DNA of 63,677 bases, the filler included, from Kipferlia bialata (Eukaryota), in assembly GCA_003568945.1 (NCBI GenBank). It is 6 parts of 6 records of this genome, joined end to end, with 100 filler letters (N's around TTAATTAATTAA, not from the genome) between each part and the next. Parts side by side here need not be neighbours in the genome. Positions count along the whole stretch, not along the records: positions 12,286 to 24,466 come from BDIP01001122.1; positions 24,567 to 36,746 come from BDIP01001123.1; 4 more parts are not named here. The stretch is one strand, 5' to 3'. Under the pieces are notes generated by a model. The model did no database searches, had not been told where the DNA came from, and was given only the letters and a program-made list of their open reading frames with translations. This document shows positions 13,666 to 27,600 of this stretch, piece by piece; position 1 is the first letter of the stretch, and each line of letters begins with the position of its first letter. The position numbers and the translations under genes were made by a program.

Positions 13666-13860
13666 CATATATATATAGAGAGAGATATATGTTACACTGA
13701 CTGCTTATGCTGAGAGACCGGCCCAGATGCAGGTGGGTATATAGGATATACATACATATATATATACATATACATATATATAGAGAGAGAGATAGATGTT
13801 ACACTGACTGCTTATGCAGAGAGACCGGCCCAGATGCAGGTGGGTATATAGGATATACAC

Positions 13861-13891
<31 letters not shown>

Positions 13892-16800
13892 AAGATAGAG
13901 ATAGATGTTTCACTGACTGCTTATGCAGAGAGACCGGCCCAGATGCAGGTGGGTATTTAGGATATACATATTTATATATATATATACATATACATATTTA
14001 TATATATATATACATATACATATACATATATATAGAGAGAGAGACCGGCCCAGATGCAGGTTGGATAATTCTATTCCTGTCTCTATGTGTACATATATTT
14101 GTATATAGTCATTATACACCCCAACCCCAGGTTGTCGAGATAGACTCATTCTCCCAACACTGTTGTTTGAATATTTCGCTCTCTCAATATATATATATAG
14201 TTCATATTTACCTTTACGTCCTTTACACACCTCACCCCAGGTTGTCGAGATGGACTCCTTCTCCCTCCCTCTTCACTAACCATATATATGCAATTTTGAG
14301 TATATGCATTATCTATGTAGTATATATATAACTCCTCCATTCCTTGCCTAACTTCAGGTTGTCGAGATGGACTCCTTCTCCCTCCCTCTTCACTAATGAT
14401 ATACTATTTGAGTAGTTTATATATAACTATTCACATCAATTGCATGCCTAACCCCAGGTTGTGGAGATGGACTCCTTCTCCCTGCCTCGCACACCCGGCC
14501 TCGACAAGGATAGGTGTGTACATGTATGTATTGTGCCTATCAGTCTGGATAACGAATCCTTTGTGGCCTCTGCAACTTACCTGGCAATGTGTGCCTGGGG
14601 CTGTTTCTCTCCCCCCCTCCCCCCTCTCTCTCTCACACCCTAGGGAGTGCCTGGTAGGCGTTGCCTGGGCTGGCCCCCAGTACATAGTGGGAGTGGTCAG
14701 AGACTCAAGGAGTGAGCACGGAGACAGGTATACATGCTTTAATTTGAGTATATATACATTTGTTGACATATGTATATGTGTGTATCCTAACATCAGGCTC
14801 ATCGTTGTCCCCTTCGACCCTACTGGTAGAAGGGCCCGGGAGAGCAGGAGGGAGAGAGAGAGAGAGGCGAGGAGGCTGCAGGGCGAGGTCTCTCTCACTG
14901 TAGATGGGCCCAATGTGGTGTCATTCTCTCTCTCTAGACACGGATCGGAGAAGGAGACAGTCCTGGACACGGACGGAAGGTACGATATTCACACACATAC
15001 ACACATATATGCACATATATTAATTATACACACACACACATATATATATATACGGGTCCGAGAAGGAGACAGTCCTGGACACGGACGGAAGGTACTATTA
15101 TCACTAATATATTTATGTATAATATACATACATATATAGGTGGGAGACAGTCGGACGGGAGGTACTATTGTGTGATATGTTATACTCTTAGAATGAACAA
15201 TGGTTCATGTGAGTGATTGTCAGTTGTTATACCTTGTTAATAGCCATGGCTATATGTAGCTTATGTTCATATGTCTACATCACAACCTCACGGTAGACTG
15301 TATGTGCAGTATATGATATACTTCAGTATCTAACCCCAGACTGTATGTCAGACCACCCTCAATGGCAGTGTAGTTTAGTAGTTCTAATAACATAAACAAG
15401 GAGTATATGTCATTATACGTCACTACCTACCCCAGACTCTATGTGCAGACCACCCTGAAGGGCAGTGTTGTGGGGAGGGATGTCAGGGTGTCAAACGGGG
15501 AAGTGAGACAAGTTGTTGTGTCCCATGCCCAGATTGAGACTGACCCCCTGTCCGGGGATGTGTTTGTACTCACAGGTGGGGAACATTTGCTTTCTCATAA
15601 CCTAATATATATGTAATATTTGTATGCCTCTAACATCAGAGAACATCCACAACACATATATGGATACCAGATGATCAGTGATATATAGCTTAATCATTTT
15701 ATACATAGGAATATGTATTATTTAGGTACCTCTAACATCAGAGAACACCCAGTCCATGTATACTACCCGTGATACATCTTTATGATGTATCAAATACTTC
15801 TATACATCATTTTGTACCCCTGATGTCAGAGAACAGCCACACCACCTCCATGGACCCTTCTAGGGAGGGTGGTGCTAATGGAGTGTACAGGGTCAAGATA
15901 CTGCCCGCTAGACAGGTACACATTAACTACTGTATATATGTATACGTTGTTATTTCGTATCTGCATCTCACCCTATTAGGTTGGCTAAGACCTCATCCGC
16001 AATGCCTTTATCGTTCTTCATACATACTCATACCATTATATGCATTATATCTATTCATTATTAGTATCTGACCCTTCCAGGTTGGCGAGGACCTCATTCG
16101 CAATGCATCCAACCAGTCGAGTAAGCTGGCACCTGCCCTGCAGCTATTGGCAGACTCACTCCCTACATCTAGGTACTGTATGTATATACTACTGTACTAC
16201 CAGTTGTATTAACAGTTAGTTATCAAATACCTGCCTCACCCTCAGCTCCGATCTCCGTCAGCATGCTGTGCGTATGGCATCATACCACCTGCATACCATC
16301 ATGGCCAACCCTGACCTGGAGGACATGGAGATAGGGGGGCCTAGGCCTACTTACAGGTTTGTTGTATATGTATATACATTCATATATATTTTTATATACA
16401 TGGACTGAGGGATCTAAGCCTACTTTTAGGTATGGGTATACCTGTATACATACAGCAGTATGTTTTTCTCCCATATGCCTAACCCCAAGGGCCGTTGCCA
16501 GTGTCGTTACTGCAGCCTACTGTCTGGCCGGGAACTACCAGACAATATCAGGTAATTGAACGAACTATACGAATTTTCTATATTTTGTTCATCTGTGCTG
16601 GGCCAGGACACATTTATTGAGTACAGAGATACATTCACACTATTATTAATGAATGTACCATCAATATATCTATAATATTCATATTCATAATATTCTAACC
16701 ATCAGGCTGGGCCCAGGACATGTTACCCACGCTCGAGGCACTGTCTCCCACCCTGAGGCACAGGTAGGGGGTAGTAGTGTACACAATACTGAATATGTAG

Positions 16801-19800
16801 TATTGTATGTATTATATATAGTAAGTGTAATGTAATATGTAGGATTTTCCGTTCCTAACCCCAGGATCTATGTGGCCATGTCCCAGCTGGTCCTGCACCT
16901 CAACTCCTCTCTCTATATATATGTATTCTCAATTGATTAGTGTGTACATATATATATTTTTTTGCATTCTAAACCCCCAGGATATACGTGGCCATGTCCC
17001 AACTGGTCCTGCACCTCACACGCACTCATGGCGAGGTATATACACACACACACACACCCATGAATATATATATGTATATGGTTCATCACTTTGGCGGCAC
17101 TCTCTGTCTATATAGGGCATGGAGAGTGACCCACACGCACTCATGGCGAGGTATATACACCTGTATATATGTGTGTATAATGTATTTATATATGCACATA
17201 TACACTAACCCCAAGGGGTCTCTATGCCGAGGACATCTGTGGCAGTGTGGCAGACTGTGCCCTGGGGATGGGACACGTCAAGCTGGCACTCTCACTGGCT
17301 GTACACCCAGGTACATAGTATATGTATAATGCATACATTATATACGCACACTATATATATACACGTCAAGCTGGCACTCTCACTGGCTGTGCATCCAGGT
17401 ACATAGTAGTATGTGCATAATGTCTGTATTATGTATATATACACAATATTATATTTATAAATGAATAGTGTGGCATATGTATTACATTTCTCTTTCTGTG
17501 TATCTACATGCATCTCACTCCTCTAACCACCCAGGCTGTGACCCCATGACCGATCTCTTGAGAAATATATATATATATATATACCGACTATTCTCTATAT
17601 ATATTGACTTGTGTTGTGTTTACTGTCAGGCTGTGACCCCATGACCGATCTGCTTAGGGTGTCCAGACTGGCCATGGGCATGTCGCCTATACCATCTCAG
17701 GTATATTAGTATATATATATATATATGTATGTATCTATATTTATATATACTGCTTAGGGTGTCCAGACTGGCCATGGGCATGTCGCCCATACCGTCACAG
17801 GTATATATATATGTAGAGAGAGAAAGAGAGAAAGAGAGAGGGGGGGGGGGGTATTTGTATATTTCTTTATGTTTATACACTATTTTATATAGACTGGCCA
17901 TGGGCATGTCTCCCATTCCATCTCAGGTACTGATTCTTGTATACTCATTTATATACACTCAGACGTACACATGTGTACATATATACATAACGTGTACTTT
18001 CTTTACCTACTTGCTCACCCCAGGCCATCACGATGTTCTATGATCAAGATCTATGTTCACTTCTTCTAATACACACGCACGTATATATCTATGATGATAT
18101 ACTAACCCCCAGGCCATCACGATGTTCTATGGTCATGCCCTGTCCAACAGAGTAATCACACCCTTGAGAGTGGAGGAGGTACGGTATTTGTGGTATACTT
18201 CCAAACTGGATTATGTATCCCTACCTCTCCATCTCTCTCTCTCTCCCACCCCTCTTCTATCTCTCCCCATCTCACCCCAGAGTGCCTCCTCGACCGTTGT
18301 CTCTCAAGGCGGTGGTGGGGCAGAGTTCTCCCAGTCCCTGTCTGCACCTGCCAGGATACTGGTCCCACATGTGCTCTATAGAGTGCTGTTCTCACCCCCA
18401 CCTGGGGCGCCAAACATGCCATTGTCACCGACATCTACGAGGTATGGATATATATGTTTTTAGATACAAGTTCGGATCTTCAGTATATGTTTTCAAGTAC
18501 CCTTCCACACCCTCTACACCTCACTCACCCTTCAGTTACAACAAGGCGTTGTTCCGGTGGATAGATACGGACCCATCAGTGCTCAGGTATGCATGAGTAG
18601 TCGTATATGTCTACATATATATACTTTTATGTCATGTCTCAATGATTGCTCTTCTCCTTACACTTAGGACCCTCGTTGCCCCCTTCCTGAGGGGTGATGC
18701 GCTGCCCAGTGCCAGCATAGCACCCAGGGTGGGACCGGCACCGGAGACACAGGTATGTGTGGATATACTATGGAGACATGTCATATGTGAATATTTCTAT
18801 GTGTATTAGTGTAATACAATATTGTTGTATGAATGTATTAGACATACTTTTAACCCTTAGGCCATGCAACAGATCTGCGGTGTCCTTGAGCCATCCCTGG
18901 TGGGGAAGGGACTCGGGGTGTCAGAGGCAACACTCAAGGTTAGTGTATACACTCATGTATATTATAATGAATAATATTTAATAATATTTAATGGCTATAC
19001 ATTCAATTATATGTGTTGGTATAAGGTACTTGGGGTGTCAGGGGCAACTCTCAAGGTAAAGATGGGATTGTCAGATGTATATATGGTAGTTTGCCTTATT
19101 GGTTTGTATCTAACCCTCAGGCCGTTGTGTGCTTTGTGGTTGAGAGACTCTGCCAGTCAGTCCACTCAGATGTGTACAGGTGGGGATATGATATGACCAT
19201 TACTTTCTACACACATATATATATACATTTATATGTAGATTCATGTATTGTTCATACTTATGTGTGTACTTATGTGTATATTCAAATACTGGTTATATAC
19301 CTTAACCATCAGCCAGAAGTGGAATGTTCTCATGTCCCCTGCTGCCTGGGCCGTGTTATTGTTGGTGCTGCTGAGGGCACCATTGCACACAGTGCACCAG
19401 CAGGTATTCTATTTCTATGCACCATATATATGGACAATACATATGGATGTCCAAGTATCCTGTGCCTAACCTCAGGGCCTTGACCTTGTCCTGTCTGACA
19501 AGGCCCTGTCTGAGAGGGGCCAGGGGGTGCTGGTATCACCTGAACTCATACTGAGGATACCACTGGTGCAGGTAGGGATATGTGTACACTACGCAGTGAA
19601 GTAAATACTACTATGAAGTGTCCAGTGAACTCACACAAGCTCCTCCTGACCAAGAGCAAGAGACCAATTACACACACACATATTTTTATGTATTTATCTA
19701 GTGCACACCGTCTAACCCCATAACATGCTGACCAAAAGCAAGTGATTTTATATACCCACACACACACATATATATATGTGTGTGTGTCATATGGTATATA

Positions 19801-22800
19801 ATATTCTAACTTCTCAGGACATCCTGACCAAGAGTGGTGCAGAAGGGGAGAGTGAGAGTGCATATCTATCCATATATATCAATATCTATCTATATATGTA
19901 TACATCCATATATACATCCATATATAATAGTATATATGTGTGATTATACTATACAGTGCACTAACCATTAGGACATCCTGACCAAGAGTGGTGCAGAGGG
20001 GGAGAGTACATATCTATCCATATATATGTATAATAGTATATATGTATATGTGTGTATGTATGTATATAGTATACAGTACACTAACCATTAGGACATCCTG
20101 ACCAAGAGTGGTGCAGATGCAGAGGGGGAGAGTGAGAGGCAGACATTCGAGGAGCACCTGGTCAGACTCCTAGGGACAAGGTATAGCATATGAATGTTTC
20201 TATATACGTATGTACATATAGTCACCTCTCACCCTACAGGTCCATGGTGTCATGCCGCCCTATCGTGGATCTGGACCTGAGACAGCTGGCAAGGGTCGCT
20301 TCAGCAGGTATTCGTTTGAATACATATTGTATCGGATTATTATCTGGGCCAAAGTGTTATTGTATTATATATATATGTTGATACTCACACCCAGGTGGCA
20401 TGCAGATTGCGTCTTCCATGCTGGACATGAAGCGTATACTTATATGTATATATGAATATACCAATACTCACCCCCAGGTGGCATGCAGATTGTCTCCTCC
20501 CTGCTGGAGGTCATGGATATGAAGTAGTATATATAGTTCTATATAGATAGATACATGTATCATATTTTACCCTCAGGTGGCATGCAGATTGTGTCCTCCA
20601 TGCTTGAGGTCATGGACAGTGGCAACAGTGTGGGTGCTGGCCCCAGTGCCATCTCTCCACCCCTGGGCTCACCCGTTGCACCACCATCCGCTGTACTGTC
20701 TAGGTATCAGTATCAGTACCAGTATCAGTATATATATCATATATACTGATACTAGTAGTATATGTCATATATACTGATGTCTAGGTCTGTCCTGGCCAAG
20801 CTGCTGAGGGTGGGCGAGAAGGAGAGAGACAGGAAGGGTGGGAAGAGAGACCGGGGCAGGAGCGCAAAGGAGAGGGAGAGAGAGAGAGAGAGAGAGCTCG
20901 AGGGAGAGGTTGTGGTCAGGCCGGCTGACATGGCTGTGCAGTATGTCAAGGTGGGTTCATACATGCATATATATACATTCTTGTTGTGTCTTCAGTATTG
21001 TGTCCTTACCACACTAGGTCCTGCTAGAGGCTGACTATGACGATGGCACCGGGTCCAAGCCTAGGTCGGGGCTAGGTGTGAGATTTTGTGTCTCCTCAAA
21101 ACCTCTCTTTACCTGCTCATGATTAGTGTCCTCAGTCAAAACCATGGCTTGAGTTTTATTTTATTATCTCTATGGACTATACATATTTACAAGTCTTACC
21201 CTCAGTCCGCCACATTGAGGCCTCGTCTAGGCTGGAGGAGCTACTCGAGACACACCTCGACCACTTGCTGCTTGATAGTACACCAGGTACATATGTATGT
21301 ATATATATATGTACGCTTGCATATAACCATGTGAGATGAACCCCCTAATATTCAGGCATTGCCGCCGAGCTACACCTCAACAAATCAGCATTTGTATATA
21401 GTGTATGTATGTTTAGGCATCTAACCCAGGCATTGCCGCCGAGCTGCTCCTCAAGATGTACCGGTACAACCCTGCATTTGCAGTGTCAGTATTGAGTGAG
21501 AGACAGGTGGGGGTTGAATAGTTTACAATATGTAGTGCTGAGTATTGTGTGTTGTATATTATAATTATTCATAAATATCATCACCCTAGGACCTCTGGCC
21601 CGTCCTTGTTCTGTTCGTTGTTGCTGTTGTGGAGCCGTCTCTACTGGTATCTGGCACAGACGCCAGATGCGCAGAGGACCTGGCCAAGGTTGGTAACAAT
21701 CACATGCACTGATGTATGGATATGGTGTGCGTGTAAAAATAGGGTGTTAAAGTACACTACATTGATCTACTGTCTGCAGGGATAGTTGGTGCTATGATTG
21801 AAGGGTGTTGCAATTATCCCCTCACTGTCAGGCCGGCCGTTCCCTCCGGTCTGGGGTCAAGGAGGCCCTGGCATCATACTCGGCACACACGGACAGGTAT
21901 TCATATATATAGATATATATATACAATACGTATATGTATACATCCACACACATAAGTATTGAGTGGAGGAGGCACTGGCACCATACTCGGCTCACATGGA
22001 TAGGTGTGTTTGTATATATGTATTTATATAAATATACTACAATATGTATATACATCTATCGACATATATATGTGTATAGTTGAGGAGGCACTGGCATCAT
22101 ACTCGGCATACNNNNNNNNNNNNNNNNNNNNNNNNNNNNNNNNNNNNNNNNNNNNNNNNNNNNNNNNNNNNNNNNNNNNNNNNNNNNNNNNNNNATTTAT
22201 CTACATATGTATACACTACAATACGCATATATATACATATATCGACATACATATGTATTGAGTTGAGGAGGCCCTGGCGTCATACTCGGCATTTAAATAA
22301 GTGTATGTGTATTTGTACTTATAGTTGGAATATCAAATCCATTGGAGTGTGATTTTGGCTCGGCCTCACTCTCTCCCCCCCCCCCATCCCCCCCGGTGAA
22401 GTAGCGTTTGCTGATCATCCATCCTGACTGCTAGTCATGATACTTTCCTCCATATATACCATGTCTCTAACACTCTAGGGACCTGCAGCTTCGCAGGCGG
22501 AAGGAGATTGAGACGAGGGTGGCAAACTACCTGGATGCCCATCCCTTTGCCTATCTCGCGTATAGGCTGCACTCTGCTGATACGGTGGACGGGGCAGTGG
22601 TGGTCACACCAGGGGCCAAGGTATATATGATGCGGTCCCCTCTCGATTAATATACCCAGGCAAGACAATGTCTGTATGTACTTGTATAGAGAGTACATGT
22701 ACAATAATACCTTTCTCTCAATCTCAAATACGCATATATGTGTCTTATCTCTAGGTCAGGCGGTGTCTGCAGGCTGTGCGCATTGTATATACACATTCCA

Positions 22801-24197
22801 TTTTTAGTATATGTATATATGTTGATTTATACTTACTATGTCTTATCTCTAGGTCAGACAGTGTCTGCAGGCTGTGCGCACCGGGGAGGTCAACATGGAG
22901 GGCAATGTCACACAGTGGATAGGAGTAGAGACACTAGGCAGCATGTACTGTGCCATGGTCAGGTATATGTATATATATCCAGAGGCAGATTCACAGATAT
23001 AGTATTTCGTTGCATTCTCTTCCTGTATTAATTGTAGTCCAACCCCAGGCACCGCCCCACCTATGCCGCCTCTCTCTGCCAGTCCCTCCTGGGGTTCATA
23101 CCCTCAGACACAGCCGTGGTGCAGATGGTGGACAGGTAAGGGTGCAGTTCATTGTGTAATTATGATACTTCTGATAGTATATTCAAGATGTTGACCTAAC
23201 CCTCCCAGGGGCATGGGCGAGCTGAGACGTCTCGACACAGCCTCAGAGGCCAAGAGAGAGGATACACAGGAGGCAAAGGTATCCTTCCGTAAAAGTACAT
23301 GATATTATTAGTGTTCTGTCACATCTATATGTGTGTGGGTATCGTATACGCAGTATACACAATGTATGTATCAGTGAATTCTTTGGTGCCTCAGAGACCA
23401 AATAGTATTCATATTATCCATACATATTTGTAGATACTGACCCTCCAGGTCTCTGCCGCCCTGAGAAGGACTCTTGTCTTTGAGGCAGTGCTGCACCTGG
23501 CACTCAGTGACAGCAGGTACTCTCTATCTCTCTGTCTCTCTCTCTCTCTTTTCCTTCATATTCACCATTTCTTCAAAATTCTGGCGCTGTGTCCTCACCC
23601 CAGAGCCCTCGGCACTGGAGACACCGAGAGAGACAGTGTTCTGCCACCAGAGAAGACATTTGCACTTCTCAGAGACTCCTCGGAGGTATGGTTATAACTA
23701 TTATACATGCTATAATATATACGTCATCTACCTCACTAACCCCAGGCTGATCTGGTCTATCTGGACCTAGCCCTTGAGGGCATGCCCCCCGCTGCAGTGG
23801 AGAGTGGGGTCGCAGTGGTGGACACATACGCAGTCAAGACTGTGACTACACGCATCGGGATGTACACACACTACCTCAACACAAGGGTGGGTTGTCTGAC
23901 ATGCTCAAGTGCACTCTCTGTCTGAATAGTCTATTGTTTCTCTCTCTCTCCCTTACCCTTAGGTCCAGAGGCACCTGAGGAGGACAGAGGGTGGCAAGGA
24001 CATATACAAGGTATGGATGCATTTGACCCTTACTTCTATTGCGTATCCCAGTCCATAGTTCTCAATTGAAGCAATATATCCATGTTTCCAGTGCTCTATA
24101 TATAGAGAGTATATTTTTCTAACCCCCAGGTCACTGTGGACCCTGGCCAGCGTGCCCTGGAGGCAGCGTACGAGGCCCTATTAGTGGTGTTCAGTAG
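12286..24197 (+). CDS. VPS8: VPS8-like CORVET subunit (beta-propeller then alpha-solenoid), internal fragment of roughly 40 exons, both ends missing
   Basis: Spliced N-terminal exons read CLAADSRGG..NSRAILADTK..MLLAVSKLHEVLVLSM..SVAWRP..TLAVSWGDSIRVY..LVGVAWAGPQYIV. This matches the order of VPS8 propeller motifs as recalled (ICNDSGG, SRCLFSGSK, LLAMASLTKILVI, LAW, LAFCRGD, INFTWINS). Helical exons follow. Confidence 0.6.
13612..14457 (+). repeat. Exon-echo array inside one VPS8-like intron (4 donor-end copies then 3 acceptor-end copies)
   Basis: GAGAGACCGGCCCAGATGCAG|GT copies end at 13732, 13839, 13948 and 14059. CAG|GTTGTCGAGAT copies start at 14131, 14241 and 14358. Confidence 0.95.
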
Positions 24198-24416
24198 GTA
24201 TAACATTCATATAGATATGTACTCTCCATCTCTCTCTCTATATATATGTGTGTGCGCGTGTGTATGTTCTTGAGGGAGCATACGATGCATGATTAGTGGT
24301 GTTCAGCAGTATAGTATTCTGTTCCATATACTACATGTTCTGATAAGGTGGAGGTCATTGGTGTGTATAGCAGGTATATTTCACTTCGGATTACTTTTAT
24401 TTATTCTCTGTTATTC

Positions 24417-24466
<50 letters not shown>

Positions 24467-24566
24467 NNNNNNNNNNNNNNNNNNNNNNNNNNNNNNNNNN
24501 NNNNNNNNNNTTAATTAATTAANNNNNNNNNNNNNNNNNNNNNNNNNNNNNNNNNNNNNNNNNNNN
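24467..24566. other. Artificial contig linker
   Basis: N44-TTAATTAATTAA-N44. Confidence 0.99.
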
Positions 24567-24615
<49 letters not shown>

Positions 24616-24653
24616 CGATACGTACACAATGGGAGAGAGTGGCAAATACTCAC

Positions 24654-27600
24654 TTGTATCTGTTTGCGCTCTTCTTGCTCACACTCTTGAGGGCACCAGT
24701 TGAGAGAGAGGTGGCACCGGTCTGGTCACCTGCACAGTCAGACGAGAGATTGTGCATGAACACTAGGTGGAGACAGACACATAGTTCCGTTGAGGGAGAG
24801 ACATATAAAACTCACCTGCAAAGAGGGCACCCAGCCCACCCTCTGCCTCGCCCTCCTGAGTGGCGTTGTCCTCACCCTCAATGGCCTGGAATGAGAGAAT
24901 ACGAATATAGTAGAGGAACAGAATAGAATGTGACTCTTTCGATGCGTATATCTCTGGGCTTCCCTGTATATACGCCTGAGAGCTAATACAGGTTTACTGA
25001 CATATACAGTGTGAATACATATATATACCTCTGCAAACTGGAGAGATGCCAGCTGTGTCTTGAATGACCCGTGGGATGCCAGGCGCCTCAGGGCATCTGC
25101 GTGTCTGAGGTAGACCCCCCCACTCACTATGAGGACTGCCACCCCTGCCATGTGCAGAGAGGGCATGCCTATGGTTAAGGGGGGGGGGGGGTTAGATAGT
25201 ATGAGGGATAGCCCAATACCTGCTGTGGGTGTTGATCCCAGGGGGTGGCCCAGGACAGCAATGCCTAGCTCACGGGCCTTGTCTCTCAGCTCAACCTATA
25301 AGGTGAGGGGGGATGGAGTTACACAATACAAATGAGTATGCATGTCTCCCATACCTGGCTAGCGATGGACAGACCGGGCATTCCTCCCAGGAGTCTAAGG
25401 GCAGAGAGGACAACGCCATGGCGGCACCCCCTCTCCTCACTGGAGCCAGTCTTGCTCCTAGTATCCTCCTCCTCCTCCTCCTCCTCTGAGTCAGCCTCGG
25501 GGGTCTCTCCCTCCTCGTCCCCTTCCTCCTTGTCTGTGTCTGTGTCTGTCACATCTCCCAGGGTGTCATAGGAGAGAGCAGTGTGGGCAACATCCACGGC
25601 CTAGAATCAATGGAGGGATAATATTAGGATAGGAGAGTGCCAGGTATACACCCTACCTGGTTGACGAGTGCCATTCTGGCTGCCTGGTCTGTCTCTATGA
25701 GGTGTCTGAGGGGGATGGTGTCACTGATGAAGGTGGCTGCCTCAGTAAGTGTCACCATGGTCGGACAGGAGTGGGACAGAGACAGGGGGGAGGCAGCGGC
25801 AGAGTCAGGGCCCAGGGCAAGGCGGGACATGTACCTGGAAGGTTAGTAGTTGCCTAAGTAGCAAGATACTGGGCTGAGCATATCACCGAAATATTCATAT
25901 ATATAGGAATATAGGCATGTGAAAGACCCACCTCTGCACCACATCTCTCTGCACGTGTGACGTCCAGCCTCTGACCACACCAGCACAGGAGGAAGGGAGG
26001 CTGGCAGCAATGGTGGAGCACACCTCTGACCCCTCGTCCTCCTCTGTCTGTGCTGTGGAGTGGTTGGTGGCCATCTCTAGGGCCACGTGGGTCAGGGCGT
26101 CATACACAATGTGGCCAGAGGACACTCCAAACACAGCAATCTGGCGCTGGACCCTGGCCCGTGCCTTGGGGTGAGGCATGGTGGATATGTAGGGGGGGGG
26201 GGTATGAAATAGGGTGGGCGAAGTGAGTATGGTACCTCTGTGGTGTTGGCATTGCTCTGGTTCCTCCTGAGGTCCAGGCCCTGTCGGGATGCATCGAAGT
26301 GCACGCCCTGCTCCAATAGAGACAGACCCAGCACTGAGGCATCCTCTGCCTCTCCCTCACCCTCTGCCATATCGATGTCCCCTGAGGCCACTCTCTCCTT
26401 GATGGTATCCATAGTCAGGTCCCTGGGGTAAACAGGAGACACAGGATGAGAATAGACAGGGATCATCCAGATTATGTGCACTATCCACATACTATACCCC
26501 CCTACCTGGTCAGGGCTGTTGTGGGGTCATCCGTGTGTGCTATGCTGAAGGCAGATGCCATCCCTGTGAACTTGGCCTGCTCGCGGTAGGTGTCGCGGCC
26601 AATCCTGAGGGGTTAGTCAGTGAACAGTATAGAGAATATTCAGTGAATATAGAGAGCATATCGTACTTTGATGCCGCGAACACGTCAGTGAGGAAGCCCA
26701 CCACCAGGGGACGCAGCACTGCTGCCTGGCCGATATCAACTAGGTGGGACACAAGGAGCCAGGCACCACGGCGCACATCAGCGTGACTGGACCTAGAGGT
26801 GAGAAAGGACACCATAACAGATGAGTGGGGATGTGCATAGTGTGGTGTATGTACCTGGTCAGACCCAGGGCAGCACAGACCACCACTGCCATGTCAGCCT
26901 CGGGTATGTCACCCTCACCCACAGCCAGAAGGTCATTCCTAGGAGTCAGCAAACAACAGTAATACTACACATTAGAAGAAGTTGTACAAGCAGTTGCACA
27001 GCATAACAGAACAACAGAGAAACGGAGATACCTGAGTGTGCGACCGTCTGTGAGTGGTCCAGTGTATGCCCTTAGTACAGGCATGAGGCAGGGCAGGCGG
27101 TGGCAGGTGTACCTGACAGCAGCCAGCCGCAGCCTGCTGTCACAGTCACTGAGGGCAGAGCACAGGGCAGCGGCATCCACAGCCTGTCCATCATCGTCAG
27201 AGTGGGGGAGCATGGCCAGATACTGGGCAAGGGCCGGGAGACGCCTGGTCAGACACCGCTCAAACAGACCGGCATGGGTACCAGCAGGAAGGGTAACAGA
27301 CGGCATACTGGATAGTATCCTAGTGATGGCGACACTGGCTGCCTCCACCCCTGAGTCATCATCGCCCTGCACCTCTGCCACCAGCTGGGTCACTAGCTCT
27401 GCAGCAGAGGCCTCATCCCCAGCAGCAACAGCCCGCTCGACCCTGGCCTGGGTGTCATACTCACTCTCTCCCTCTCCCTCTCCCTCTCCCTGCTCAGCCA
27501 GAAGGGCTGGTCCCAGCAGGTGCACCCCTCTGTGTAGGTCCCTCCCCCTGCCTCCCCTACCTCCTCTGGCGGCCTCTCTAGTCATGGACAGCCCAAAGAG

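Noticed and set aside
13612..14457. Repeat-spacer pattern resembling a CRISPR array
   Set aside because: The repeats are exon ends with splice sites, the spacers are related microsatellite-rich intron DNA, the context is eukaryotic, and there are no cas genes.
24417..24615. Long poly-C / poly-G tracts
   Set aside because: They sit at contig ends where assembly broke; their lengths are unreliable and the two tracts belong to different contigs.
26500..27100. URB1/Npa1-like similarity in the minus-strand HEAT gene
   Set aside because: The local resemblance is weak, while the N-terminus matches UTP20 much more extensively.
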